Below, piece by piece: positions 27,715 through 38,494 of a stretch of DNA of 64,000 bases (positions are counted from its first letter, which is position 1; the number at the start of each line of letters is the position of its first letter). The stretch is from an uncultured bacterium (GTDB lineage: Bacteria > Patescibacteriota > JABMPQ01 > CAVVCK01), in the NCBI GenBank assembly GCA_963746775.1, contig CAVVCK010000002.1, forward strand, positions 139,571 to 203,570. The letters are read 5' to 3'. The notes under the pieces are model-generated. The model did no database searches, was not told where the DNA came from, and worked only from the letters and a program-made list of their open reading frames with translations. The position numbers and the translations under genes are program-made.

Positions 27715-27779
27715 GTTTCGTCTTCGTAAAATATAGTTAGTTTTATTTTGAAATAATAGATCTATTTATGCTTGTAGCT

Positions 27780-28559
27780 TTAGAAATTCAAACATTGTAT
27801 CTCCTTTATTTTCCATTCTCCGTCCTGTTGTACTAATATAAAATTCCAAAATGGTTGAAAATCATCTGTTCCATATTTAGCATCTACCATAACATACGCA
27901 AACCCACCAGCCTCAATTTCAGAACTTATCATTACGTCATCCGGACCTTGTTGTATACAATAATTCAAAGGAACAAAACCATCACTATTATAATCTACCT
28001 TCATATTAATAGTTAAATGATCTTTGGCTACACTATCTTTATCACCTGCTGGACATTGCTGAGGTATAGTACCTAGAGTACAAGACATAAATTCCTCTAC
28101 TACTTCACTGGGCTTTTGTGTAGGTGTACTACCTGTTGTCTCTTGATCAGTAGTCGAATTATTTAAAGTATCATCTAATTTATCTTCTAGATTGTTTTTA
28201 ATTTCATCTTGTTTGTTTTTTAATTCTTCTTCACTTTTCTGTTGTAGCTCATCTAGTCCATTTATATTTTCTGTCCAGCCATCTTGAGCTTTATTAATTT
28301 CATCCTTAGCAACATTCAAGCCTTTTTTGACTAAAATATAGCCAACGATTCCAGCAGCTATAAGTAAAACAACGAAAATAACTAAACAGCCTAATAATAT
28401 TTTTACTCCTGTAGATTTTTTCTTTTTTGGGATTGCTGGTTGTGGTGAGGATTGCGATTGATTTGATTGAGCTTGGGGCTTAGCCTCTATTTTATTTCCG
28501 CATTTGCCGCAAAAACTTTTTCCCTTTTTAATTTCAACTCCACATTTTGAACATTTCAT
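27780..28559 (-). CDS. zinc-ribbon membrane protein of unknown function
   Basis: 259 aa. The N-terminus has CSKCG...CGKCG (C4 zinc ribbon). A Gln/Ser-rich linker, one TM helix (ILLGCLVIFVVLLIAAGIVGYILV) and a C-terminal extracytoplasmic domain follow. Confidence 0.45.
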   Translation of the reverse strand: MKCSKCGVEIKKGKSFCGKCGNKIEAKPQAQSNQSQSSPQPAIPKKKKSTGVKILLGCLVIFVVLLIAAGIVGYILVKKGLNVAKDEINKAQDGWTENINGLDELQQKSEEELKNKQDEIKNNLEDKLDDTLNNSTTDQETTGSTPTQKPSEVVEEFMSCTLGTIPQQCPAGDKDSVAKDHLTINMKVDYNSDGFVPLNYCIQQGPDDVMISSEIEAGGFAYVMVDAKYGTDDFQPFWNFILVQQDGEWKIKEIQCLNF

Positions 28560-28619
28560 AGTTTAAATTATTAATAAAATATTTGTATATTTATGCATTC
28601 TTATTTTCAATTCAAAATT

Positions 28620-29600
28620 TTAACTTCTTGATTCTTTCTTTTTCTTAATTCTTCTTATAATTAATTTCACAATAATATACACAGCCACAATTACTGGTCC
28701 CAAGAAAATTATTACCCAAATTCCTACATTTATCAATCCTTGTAAAAATATAATCCAAGTTCGAAAAGCTTGCTTTAGTGTTTCATAAGGTTTCCATTCT
28801 TTAGTAGGGATATCTATTCTAGTTTCTTCACTTAAAGACACAGTGATAGTCGACATATCAGTTTGCCCTTCTAAATATTTTATTCTACCTTGAGTTGTTT
28901 CAATATAGCCTCGAACCACAGATAATTTTTCTGTAACTTTTAAAATATCCTCAACAGTGTCTGCTTTTTCTAAAATTGTTAAATATTGTTCTTCTTCGGC
29001 TTTATAATTCTTTAATTGTGCTTGTAAATCTGAATATTGTTCAGTCACATCTTGACCCGTTGAACTCTCGCTTTGTGTATCACCCAATTTTTTAATCTCA
29101 TTTATTGTCTCTTCATATCTGGTAACTGGAACTTTTAAAATAACTGTTCCCGATTGTGTTTCATCAGAACTAGTATATAAAGATGATGATAAAATAAAAC
29201 CATCTCTAGCTTTAGCTAGGTTAGTTAAACTAGTAACAGTGTTTCCCGCTTTTTCTACTTGTAAGCTTATATTACCAGTTTTAATAACTTTTTGTTCAGT
29301 TAATTCATCCTCACTATTATCTAAACTTGATCCAGCCGCTGTATTTGCTGGCATTGCTTCAGAAGAAATAGATTTCTCTTCCAAGTCCATTGGCATTGTA
29401 GTTCCCGTCCGACTTAAACTAGAATTAGATTCTAAACTGTTATAACTATAACCACTACCTGAAGAACTATATTGATTAGAAAAATAAACACCAACAATAA
29501 ACAATCCTATAACCAAACAAGCTGACACCGTCCCAGTTATTCCTAATATAATCCATAATTTCTTTTTTGATTTTTGTTTTGGAATTTGTGTTTCTGACAT
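28620..29600 (-). CDS. hypothetical membrane-anchored protein (N- and C-terminal TM helices, coiled-coil middle)
   Basis: 326 aa. TM helix near residue 15-40 and another at the extreme C-terminus. No catalytic motif was seen. Confidence 0.4.
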   Translation of the reverse strand: MSETQIPKQKSKKKLWIILGITGTVSACLVIGLFIVGVYFSNQYSSSGSGYSYNSLESNSSLSRTGTTMPMDLEEKSISSEAMPANTAAGSSLDNSEDELTEQKVIKTGNISLQVEKAGNTVTSLTNLAKARDGFILSSSLYTSSDETQSGTVILKVPVTRYEETINEIKKLGDTQSESSTGQDVTEQYSDLQAQLKNYKAEEEQYLTILEKADTVEDILKVTEKLSVVRGYIETTQGRIKYLEGQTDMSTITVSLSEETRIDIPTKEWKPYETLKQAFRTWIIFLQGLINVGIWVIIFLGPVIVAVYIIVKLIIRRIKKKKESRS

Positions 29601-29775
29601 TCTTTTATTTTATTATTTTATAATTATATTATAATCTATTTTTCGTTTGATTAATAGATCTAGCCACAGATTTAGCAGATTAAATTGCTAAATTAGTGAA
29701 TAGTTATTAATAGTTAGTAGTTGGACATTAATGCTTTATTTTTGATTCATGATTCTAAATTCTAGATTCTATCTC

Positions 29776-32700
29776 CTAATTCACCTCATACCAATTATCA
29801 ATAACCGCAATACCTACTCCATTTCTTAAACTTTTATCACCAAAGGCAAAGAAATTAGGCCAAGTTCTCCATTTGCCAGTAGACTCAAACGCTAGCACTT
29901 GGGGTCCATTAGATCCAATAGGTGAAATTAATATTTCATCCTTACCATCCAAATCAATATCTCCAGGAACATTTTTGAAATCACCTCTGATGTGCTGCTC
30001 ATACGCCCACCAGAAATTTTTACGATTGCCATCTTTATCAAAGACATTAATTTGAGATGAACCATTATTGGGAGTAGTATAGATCCTCTCCCCTATACCA
30101 GAAGGAGTAAGACCAGATTGCACACCTTCGCCATAAGCTGGAAAATATTCTTTTAAAGTTCCACCTACCGTATAGATATAAACATAAGGATCTGCTGGAC
30201 CATGGTTAGGTGCTACTAATATCTCCGAAGGGCCAGAATCATATTGAAATGTCCCTACGTTACAACCAACATTGCCAAAAGGCGCTGTGAAATCACCTAT
30301 TTTTTCCCAGTTATCAACTCCTTTTATATCTCTATAGATTCTAACATTTGGTGTTCGATCACCAGTTAAACAAGTGGCAATATCATCCGCATAACCATCG
30401 CCATCAAAATCACCAGCAGCCATTGATAAGCCATCTCTAATTGAACTATCAAAAACAAACATTTGTCCCAATAAATCTAAATCATTATCAGATTTTTGGG
30501 CCAATATTCTGGCTTGTGGTCCGCCATTTTTTAGAGCAAATATTACCATTGCATCTTTAAGTCCATTATTATTAGAATCAATAGAAACTATACCTGCTCC
30601 ACCTTTATAATTTGGTGGAAAAATATTATAAATCACTGATCCGGCAACATTACCTTGACGATCATAGGCTTGTAATTTAGATATTTCCCCCGGCCCTGAA
30701 GTAGTAATAATTTTAGGATCTATTGGTATATTTGTAATTGTGAAAGACCAGCTGCTTGATACTAAATTGTTATTATTATCAGCTGCTTCAATATTAACAA
30801 TTACTACCTCATTATAATCAAAATTTTCATCTGGATTTATACTTACCTCATAACCATTAGAATCATTAGGAGTCATAGTTATACTATATCCGGTTTGAAA
30901 AGTACTATTTACTATTACCTCTTCACTACTAATAGTTACGTGAATAGTAGCTGGATTTATACCAGCATTATCATCATTAATTGAAAATGTGATATTAGTA
31001 TCTTTAGCAATATCAGCAGCTCCATCAGCAGGATCTTGTCCGGTGATTTCAGGAGCATTAGTATCTCCACAACCAGGTATTACTCGATCGATACTACTAC
31101 ATTGTCCTCCTTGATTTATTTCAACTGACATTAAGGCTTGATTAGTCGCTACACAAGTAGTACTAGTTGATCCATATAAATCAGCACAAGCAGTATTAAG
31201 TGCATTATAGGCGCCATTAAAATCCATATTAGTAGTAAAATAATTAGTCAGGGCTCTATAAAAAATTTGTTCCATTTTATCACGTCCAATAGCACTTATT
31301 GTACAAGTATTATTAGTACCTCCTTCAGCCATTAAATAAGCAGCGTGGGAAATAACAGTACTATTATGATGGACACCACCATTATCATCATCACCACAAT
31401 ACATAAAATCACTATAAAATCTATCTGGCTGAGGACCAAGAATATCACTTACACTCTTCGGATCTGCTAAACTTCTAATAGGCCCTTGAAATGTTCCTGC
31501 ATTTATATTTTCACCCATTAACCAATTACCATCACCTGTCACATAATCCTCTACCTGAGCTCCAAAAATATCCGAATAAGCTTCATGTAATGCTCCTGAT
31601 TCATTTAAATAAGTAAGACCTCCGGGAATAGAATAATGAACTACCCCATGACTATACTCGTGAGCAGAGACATCTATGTCAACCATCCCATCACAAAAAT
31701 TAATCGAAAATCCATCGAAAAAGGCGTTTGGACAATCAAAAGCAGGATCAACCAAGGCTATTGGATCCAAATAAACCCAACCATCTGAATTTTCTACAGC
31801 GCTATAAGTCCCATCTCCTAATCCTCCCTGATTATTAGCTCCATTTCTGGAAAATCTTTCTTGAAAATAATTATAAGTAGAATTCATTATGCTATACAAA
31901 TTATCCGTATCTTTTAGCCCATAGATGGCATCTGGATTATTACCTCTGGCAGCTTGTCCTTCAGATCTTCCATAAATATAACCCATATAAAGAGTATCCA
32001 ACCCACAGCCAGCTCCGCCAGAATAAGGATAGTAATAACAATCTATTATCCTTCTATTTATATTGTAAGTTCCTGTAATTTGATAAACTAAACTTCCGCT
32101 ATGTGCATCTATATAAAAATATTCATGGCTTACCGGCTCCTTAATTAATTCTACTTCATAAACTAAATAATTCTTATTATCAGTCTTATTTTCAATAATC
32201 CCTTTATTAAATATTGTTAATTCATTCTTTAAAACTTTTACATTATTGGATGTTTTAAATTGTTTCTGCCAACTTTCCATAGCTTTATTCACCGCTTCTT
32301 CTTTTGATATATCGGGATTTGTATCTATATTAATATCAGGCACAATAATGCCATTAGCTGAAGAAATTTCTAGATTTTCTTTAACATGAACTGACATTTG
32401 TCCGGCAAAAACTGGAATATCTTTATATCTTTGGCTATACCAAAAATGTTTCATTCCTAAATTATCTTCTTTTTTATCTACTAACTTAGTTTCTTCTCTA
32501 GAATTACTTAAACCAAAATAACCACCATATTCAGCTACAAATTGATTAGCCATAGCTGCTGGTGTAAGATTTTCACTCGGATATTCTGCCAAAGTTATAC
32601 TTTGATTTTTACCTAAAGAATTAATAAAGGTTATTTTGCCGGTATTTTTATCCACAGCATATTCAAAATTATGCTTGTCTTTAAATTCTATCCCCTTGAT

Positions 32701-32829
32701 ACTCTTATTTATATTCGGATTATTATTAGCCAAAACTAAACCAGAACATATTATTAACGACAAACATAAAATAGTAACAAAAAGGCACAGGATTTCGGCC
32801 TTTTTAGCTAATTTTGTTAGTTTATTCAT
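29776..32829 (-). CDS. secreted thermolysin-like (M4 family) zinc metalloprotease with Ig-like middle domain and shared FG-GAP-like C-terminal domain
   Basis: 1017 aa with a signal peptide. VSAHEYSHGVVHYSIPGGLTYLNESGALHEAYSDIFG matches the thermolysin HExxH...NESGAINEAISDIFG motif (third ligand ExxxD). An Ig-like segment follows (PEITGQDPADGAADIA...). The C-terminal 300 aa are paralogous to the 17610 and 20245 genes. Confidence 0.7.
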   Translation of the reverse strand: MNKLTKLAKKAEILCLFVTILCLSLIICSGLVLANNNPNINKSIKGIEFKDKHNFEYAVDKNTGKITFINSLGKNQSITLAEYPSENLTPAAMANQFVAEYGGYFGLSNSREETKLVDKKEDNLGMKHFWYSQRYKDIPVFAGQMSVHVKENLEISSANGIIVPDINIDTNPDISKEEAVNKAMESWQKQFKTSNNVKVLKNELTIFNKGIIENKTDNKNYLVYEVELIKEPVSHEYFYIDAHSGSLVYQITGTYNINRRIIDCYYYPYSGGAGCGLDTLYMGYIYGRSEGQAARGNNPDAIYGLKDTDNLYSIMNSTYNYFQERFSRNGANNQGGLGDGTYSAVENSDGWVYLDPIALVDPAFDCPNAFFDGFSINFCDGMVDIDVSAHEYSHGVVHYSIPGGLTYLNESGALHEAYSDIFGAQVEDYVTGDGNWLMGENINAGTFQGPIRSLADPKSVSDILGPQPDRFYSDFMYCGDDDNGGVHHNSTVISHAAYLMAEGGTNNTCTISAIGRDKMEQIFYRALTNYFTTNMDFNGAYNALNTACADLYGSTSTTCVATNQALMSVEINQGGQCSSIDRVIPGCGDTNAPEITGQDPADGAADIAKDTNITFSINDDNAGINPATIHVTISSEEVIVNSTFQTGYSITMTPNDSNGYEVSINPDENFDYNEVVIVNIEAADNNNNLVSSSWSFTITNIPIDPKIITTSGPGEISKLQAYDRQGNVAGSVIYNIFPPNYKGGAGIVSIDSNNNGLKDAMVIFALKNGGPQARILAQKSDNDLDLLGQMFVFDSSIRDGLSMAAGDFDGDGYADDIATCLTGDRTPNVRIYRDIKGVDNWEKIGDFTAPFGNVGCNVGTFQYDSGPSEILVAPNHGPADPYVYIYTVGGTLKEYFPAYGEGVQSGLTPSGIGERIYTTPNNGSSQINVFDKDGNRKNFWWAYEQHIRGDFKNVPGDIDLDGKDEILISPIGSNGPQVLAFESTGKWRTWPNFFAFGDKSLRNGVGIAVIDNWYEVN

Positions 32830-32941
32830 TTGTTTTTTTGTTTTTGTTTTTTCTTACGAAATATATTTTATAAAATTCGTAAGGTAGAATTATCGAAAAA
32901 ATAACTATTTACTTACATCTATTATAGCATAATTTAACATT

Positions 32942-35900
32942 CTATTCAATATCAAACACTCGTACCTGTGGACTACCTAATGATCCTGGCATAGTCATCA
33001 CCTCATCCTTTCCATCACCATCAGTATCACCAGCCGCTACCACTGCTCCACCTATATGGCTCGAAGGATAAGCTAAGAATGTTTTCATAATACTTTGATC
33101 CTGCCCTCTATAAATTTTTACCCAGGCCTGCCCTTGCGTTCTTTGTGAAACTATTATTTCTTCTTTGCCATCGCCATCAACATCACCGCCTGCCAAAGAT
33201 AAACCTCCTCGAAAATCAGAAGAAAATGCATAAAAGCCTGGATTTAATCTGACTACTTTATTTGTCAGAGTGTTAAACATCTGTACGTGCGGAGCTCCCA
33301 CTTCCGGCCCAGTTAATATCTCAAATCGGCCATCATTATTAAAATCAGCCGTAGCTAATCTAATTCCTCCTCTAAAATTTTTGTCATAAGCCATTTCCGA
33401 AGCAATTAACTGCCCTTTATAATTATGTACAGTAAAATGCGGTCCACCACCTGCTGCTGCTGCTACAATTATTTCTGGCCGGCCATCCATATTAACATCT
33501 CCGCAAGCAATATTAGCTCCACCTTGAAATTTACCATCTAGTGCAAAAAATCCAGCATTAACTGTTGGCTCCCCTTTAGCATTAAATATTCTGATATGCG
33601 GCCTGCCCCCCTTACCCGGTGCTGTTACAATTTCATCTGTACCATCCATATCTAAATCACAAGTGGCTACTCTAACACCAGACCTTAAATGCTCAGCATA
33701 AGCAAAAAATCTACTTACAACATTTCCATTTCCATCAAAAATAGATACTTGCGGACCAAATCCTTCTGATGTACCCGTAATTATTTCATTAGGGCTAAGT
33801 ACTCCACCTATCACATTCCCAGAATAAATATGGTATCCACCCCGTAATCTTGTATCATAAGCATTAAAATCTAATTTACTTTCTTCTACTTGATCATCAG
33901 GCGGAAGAGAACCATCTTTATTTAAAATTATAAAACATCTTTCACAAATCCCAACTTGTCCATCCAAATTACTTACTTTTACATCATAATAGGCTGGAGG
34001 CATTAAACCAATAGGTGCTTCTACTGTTAATTTATTACTAGCATTAACTAATGTTTTAACAGATGATAATGATCCAAACATAGCAGTTGCTCCATAACTA
34101 AAGTTAGAACCATTAATATTTAACCAAATTGTTTGTGAAGAATTATCAGCTGGCGTATATCTATCTTTTGGTGAAACACTAGTCGGCTTTGGAGCTGGAT
34201 CAACATAAGGCGGTTCATTACCTTCCAGGGAAATTTCTCGAATTAAATCATTCCAATTATCAGCTATATACAACTTATTATGAGCTATATCAGGTAATAA
34301 ACCTTTGGGATTATTAAATCTAGATTCTAAGTTTTTACCATTCTTAAAACCTCTTTCGGTTTTACCGGCTATTGTTCGAACACTTCTTGATTCTATATCC
34401 ATATACTTAACTATTTGACTGCCAACTTCTGTAAAATATAAATTACCATCAGCCCCTACTTTGACATATTCTGGATAAGATAATACTGCTGTAGTACCAA
34501 TAGCATCACGATAACCATTATTACCATTACCAGCTACTGTTGTAACTTCAGTAGTTTCAATTTCTACTCTTCTTATCCGCTGATTATTACTATCAGCTAC
34601 ATATAAATATTTTCCACTTAAATCAATATCAATTCCAAATGGTCGATTAAACTTAGTAGCTATTCCCTTACCATCTGCAAAACCAGCACTTCCCGAGCCT
34701 GCTACTAAAGATGTTTGACCGTCAGCTATTTTTATTTTTCTAATTCTATTATTACCTGTATCTGAAACATATAAATATTCATCATTTGGTGATATTACTA
34801 TTCCTCCGGGTACATTAAATTTTGCCTCTGCCCCATTTCCTTCTGTATATCCATTACATGACTGATTGCAATCAGTTGATCCTCCCCCAGCTACTAGAGA
34901 TGTTTCTAGCGTACTTAAATTAATTTTTCTTATACGATTATTCCATCTATCCGCCACATATAAATTACTGCCAGAACTATCGATCGTTAAACTGGTAATG
35001 TTACTAAATCTAACCCTATCACCATCCCCCTCACGATAAGCATCCACTACACTACCAACAATATGAGTAGTACTGCCATCAGCTATTGTTATTCTTCTGA
35101 TAAAATTATTTTCTGCTAAGTAAATATATTGGCCGTCAGGCGACATAACTAAATCATTAGGCCGGCCTACTTTTGAATCAGCCTTTGAACCAAATTCATA
35201 ATTAAATCTATTTTTACCTGCTACCCGATCTTCTTCAGCTGAAACTGCTTCCTTTTCTTTATGAAATCTTTGAATAGTACCAATACCAGAATTAGCTACA
35301 TAAACATAATCTCCACTAGATGCAATTCCTTTGGGATAATTAACAGTAGACATCGCTGCGTCTTCGGCTAGAGTTGTAACATTGTTATTAGATAAATTAA
35401 TTTCACGAACGTAATCAGAATACCCATCACCATCGGTAACATATAAATAATTGCGGCCGGAATCTAGAGCTACACCAACAATATTTCTAAATTGAGCAGA
35501 AGTTCCAGCACCATCACTATAGCCAGCGCTGCCTGAGCCAGCAATTGTATTTTTTGAACCACTAGCAAGATCAATTTTAACAACTTGATAGCTTCCGCCC
35601 TCAGCTACATATAAATAATTGCCGCTAGAGTCTGTGGTTAATTTTTTAGGTGAACTTACTGAAGCATTAACAATACTCATGGTTCCTCCAGAAGTTGAAA
35701 TTTTTTTCACAGCATTATTGCCAGTATCAGAAATATATAAAGTTGATCCCTTTATGTAAAGACCTTCGGGATAGGATAATCCTTCGGAAACTAGAGTTGA
35801 TACTTGTCCTCCGGATATTTTTTTAATTTTATGATTATACGTATCGGCCACAAATACCGTATCACCTGAGACAGCAATACCCTTAGGTAAAGCAAATTCG

Positions 35901-36196
35901 GCACCAGAGTTTGATCCGGTTTTATCACCATAAGATCCGGATCCGGCCAAAGTGGAAATTTTATTAGAAGTATTAATCTTTCTTACTACATTATTATAAG
36001 TATCCGCAATATACATATTGCCGCTAGAATCATAAACTAAATCCTCGGCAAAATCTAAATAAGCATCTTTGGCATTTCCTCCATCACCCGAATAAATACT
36101 GCTCATATAAGTAGATACATCTCCATAGGCTGCCAAAGATAGGGTAGGAAGTAATAACAAAATTCCCGATAATATCAAAACTTTACCAATCCTCAT
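32942..36196 (-). CDS. secreted NHL-repeat beta-propeller protein with C-terminal FG-GAP repeats
   Basis: 1084 aa with a signal peptide (LSLAAYG). At least 10 NHL repeats are present (LYVADxxNNRIRKI, VFVADTYNHKIKKI, LYISDTGNNAVKKI). The C-terminal ~380 aa carry FG-GAP repeats (FFAY...GDVNMDGRPEII, GDTDGDGKDEV). Confidence 0.65.
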   Translation of the reverse strand: MRIGKVLILSGILLLLPTLSLAAYGDVSTYMSSIYSGDGGNAKDAYLDFAEDLVYDSSGNMYIADTYNNVVRKINTSNKISTLAGSGSYGDKTGSNSGAEFALPKGIAVSGDTVFVADTYNHKIKKISGGQVSTLVSEGLSYPEGLYIKGSTLYISDTGNNAVKKISTSGGTMSIVNASVSSPKKLTTDSSGNYLYVAEGGSYQVVKIDLASGSKNTIAGSGSAGYSDGAGTSAQFRNIVGVALDSGRNYLYVTDGDGYSDYVREINLSNNNVTTLAEDAAMSTVNYPKGIASSGDYVYVANSGIGTIQRFHKEKEAVSAEEDRVAGKNRFNYEFGSKADSKVGRPNDLVMSPDGQYIYLAENNFIRRITIADGSTTHIVGSVVDAYREGDGDRVRFSNITSLTIDSSGSNLYVADRWNNRIRKINLSTLETSLVAGGGSTDCNQSCNGYTEGNGAEAKFNVPGGIVISPNDEYLYVSDTGNNRIRKIKIADGQTSLVAGSGSAGFADGKGIATKFNRPFGIDIDLSGKYLYVADSNNQRIRRVEIETTEVTTVAGNGNNGYRDAIGTTAVLSYPEYVKVGADGNLYFTEVGSQIVKYMDIESRSVRTIAGKTERGFKNGKNLESRFNNPKGLLPDIAHNKLYIADNWNDLIREISLEGNEPPYVDPAPKPTSVSPKDRYTPADNSSQTIWLNINGSNFSYGATAMFGSLSSVKTLVNASNKLTVEAPIGLMPPAYYDVKVSNLDGQVGICERCFIILNKDGSLPPDDQVEESKLDFNAYDTRLRGGYHIYSGNVIGGVLSPNEIITGTSEGFGPQVSIFDGNGNVVSRFFAYAEHLRSGVRVATCDLDMDGTDEIVTAPGKGGRPHIRIFNAKGEPTVNAGFFALDGKFQGGANIACGDVNMDGRPEIIVAAAAGGGPHFTVHNYKGQLIASEMAYDKNFRGGIRLATADFNNDGRFEILTGPEVGAPHVQMFNTLTNKVVRLNPGFYAFSSDFRGGLSLAGGDVDGDGKEEIIVSQRTQGQAWVKIYRGQDQSIMKTFLAYPSSHIGGAVVAAGDTDGDGKDEVMTMPGSLGSPQVRVFDIE

Positions 36197-36233
36197 TAGT
36201 TTTTATTTTAATTTTATTATTTAATTATTAATT

Positions 36234-36461
36234 TTAATTACTAGATTCTCCCTTAAGTTCATCTATCATTCTAATTAGAGTAACCGCAACTTTTCTCCTA
36301 TCTTCACTGGAAAGCTGCTTAATATCTAATTTACTGCCTAAATTATTTACTAACCTATTCACTTCGTCCACACTAAAAAATTGATCCCCTTCTAGATCAG
36401 GTGCTGATAAATTCTCTCTAGGCTTATCAGGAGAATGCCCTCCTGTTTCTATTTGTGTCAT
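36234..36461 (-). CDS. hypothetical small acidic protein
   Basis: 75-aa ORF between two minus-strand genes. Composition is protein-like. No motif. Confidence 0.3.
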   Translation of the reverse strand: MTQIETGGHSPDKPRENLSAPDLEGDQFFSVDEVNRLVNNLGSKLDIKQLSSEDRRKVAVTLIRMIDELKGESSN

Positions 36462-36540
36462 ATTTTTTATTCTAATTATTAATTTTAAACTTTACATTTT
36501 AAATTCCCATTTGATATCATAGTATTTTTTAAATCACTTC

Positions 36541-37332
36541 TTAATTTTTATCTTCCCTCATCCTTTTTATTTTCTCCTCTAAATCTTGTAGCATACTCAT
36601 AACAAATTCTTTATGTTTCCTCTTATTTTCCTCTAATTGATTATTTATCTCACTAACTTTCTGTCTTTCTTGTTCCAACTCCTTTTCTTTTTGATTATTT
36701 ATTTCTTTTTCTTGTTCTAACTCATTTGTAATTTTATTTAGCTCCTTCCTGCCTGCTGTCAACTCCTCATTTTTCTGATTAATTTCATTTTGCAATTCAT
36801 CTTTTAACTGTTTTAATTTGTCTGAAGCTAGATTGGCTATATTAAAAAGTTCATTAAAATTATTCTCACCCTCTGGTAATTCAACTTTTTCATCTAATTT
36901 TCCTTGAGATAAATTATTAAATAATGGCGTTAATAAAGAGATTGCTTCCTCCATTTCTTTGATCAATTTTTCTTTTTCTAATTCACAGCTTTTCTCGTTA
37001 GTTGTATCCCAAGAAATACCTAAAATCCCCGATGGTTCATTGCTTCCATCCTTCAGGGGAATTAATATTTCCTTAAGCCAAACAATATTTTCTCCTTCTT
37101 TATATTTTTGATCAAATTCTTTAACTTTGCCTATTTCCATAATTTTCTTCTCGTCAGCAATCCTTTGCTCAGCATCTTTCTTAGAATAAAAATTATAATC
37201 AGATTTTCCTTCTATTTCTTCTGACTTAATATTTAGGGCCCTGGCACAGCTTTCATTACACCATAAATACATAGAACTTCTGTCCTTTATAAATATTTTT
37301 CTTTCGGTTTTTTTCTTAAAAATGTTGAACAT
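36541..37332 (-). CDS. PAS-domain protein with long C-terminal coiled coil (sensor/chemoreceptor-like fragment without recognisable output domain)
   Basis: 263 aa. A PAS-like fold occupies the N-terminal ~110 aa (YLWCNESCARALNIKSEEIEGKSDYNFY...WLKEILIPLKDGSNEPSGILGISWDTT). Heptad-rich E/K/Q repeats follow. Confidence 0.5.
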   Translation of the reverse strand: MFNIFKKKTERKIFIKDRSSMYLWCNESCARALNIKSEEIEGKSDYNFYSKKDAEQRIADEKKIMEIGKVKEFDQKYKEGENIVWLKEILIPLKDGSNEPSGILGISWDTTNEKSCELEKEKLIKEMEEAISLLTPLFNNLSQGKLDEKVELPEGENNFNELFNIANLASDKLKQLKDELQNEINQKNEELTAGRKELNKITNELEQEKEINNQKEKELEQERQKVSEINNQLEENKRKHKEFVMSMLQDLEEKIKRMREDKN

Positions 37333-37424
37333 CTCTATAATTTGTTTTATACTTAAATATTATACCATAAAAATAATAAAAAAAGATAGGCTATAAACCT
37401 ATCTTTTTAAATTAGAAAATCAAC

Positions 37425-38342
37425 CTAGTATACTATAAACATAATATTAGCATTGGCTGCTACTCCCGTATCATCATAAGAACCAATTGCAACAACATTA
37501 TCTGCTGCTAGAGGCTGTACTATTCTAATATCATCAGTAGCAACTGCTGTATAGTAACGAGTATCAACATCAAAAGTATCATCAAACGTCACAGTATAGT
37601 CACCTGCTCCATTTCTCTCACAAGTAACATCTGTATCATTGGCTGTCCAAGATTTTTCTAAACAATCGGCAGCATCACCATTAATTTCTACCATAGCTTT
37701 TACTGCTCCGTTAGCTGTTAAATCCTGTTCAATATCACCAGAAGTGGATATGCCTCCGGCTGTAACTGTACCATCAGCAATAATATCACCATCAGTACCA
37801 ATAGTTACACCATCAACACCTTCTCCACCACCACCACCAACAGCTATATAATCATCTACATTTAATTCATCACCTATAGTAACAGCACTACCAACAGCAA
37901 GAGTACTAGTAATAGTAGCTGCTCCACCATATAAATTAGTAGCCCTAACACTTCTAAACACATTGGCTTCTGTACCTAAATCATACATATTAGTAGTTTC
38001 CGGTCTAATAGTATCTGCTAATTTAAGAGGATTATCTCCACCAACTTCTGTTCTAAATAATGTACCATCTATTCTAACATCATCACCAAAAGCTACAGGA
38101 TTACCACTGCCATCATCAGTTGTAGTTGCATTTATGATAGTACCATTAAAGAAAGTAACACCTCCTACTCCTTGCTTACCAATATAAACAGAATCAAATC
38201 TTCCTGTAGCATTAACTACTAATTCTTCATTGTAAGTAATAGTAGAAGCTGGTTGAAGTACATCTGCGGTAGAAGCAGAAACTGAACCGACAATTAAAAA
38301 CAATCCAAAAACAATTCCTAAACTTAAAATTAATTTTTTCAT
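37425..38342 (-). CDS. secreted protein, paralog family A (conserved N-terminal module, Gly/Asp/Thr-rich beta-rich body, C-terminal Cys pair)
   Basis: 305 aa with a signal peptide. SASTADVLQPAS and GGVTFFNGTIINATT...PVAFGDDVRIDG are shared with the 38495 gene. Confidence 0.5.
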   Translation of the reverse strand: MKKLILSLGIVFGLFLIVGSVSASTADVLQPASTITYNEELVVNATGRFDSVYIGKQGVGGVTFFNGTIINATTTDDGSGNPVAFGDDVRIDGTLFRTEVGGDNPLKLADTIRPETTNMYDLGTEANVFRSVRATNLYGGAATITSTLAVGSAVTIGDELNVDDYIAVGGGGGEGVDGVTIGTDGDIIADGTVTAGGISTSGDIEQDLTANGAVKAMVEINGDAADCLEKSWTANDTDVTCERNGAGDYTVTFDDTFDVDTRYYTAVATDDIRIVQPLAADNVVAIGSYDDTGVAANANIMFIVY

Positions 38343-38494
38343 TTTATTTTCACCTCCCTTCGTTATAAGTTTTTATTTACCGTGCTTAAGTATTATAGCA
38401 GATTGGCAAATTTATTTATCCACAGGCTCTTGCTAAAATATAAAAGGCAGAATAGAACAATTCTGCCTTTCTGCTTTAATTCTTTAAATTTTTA

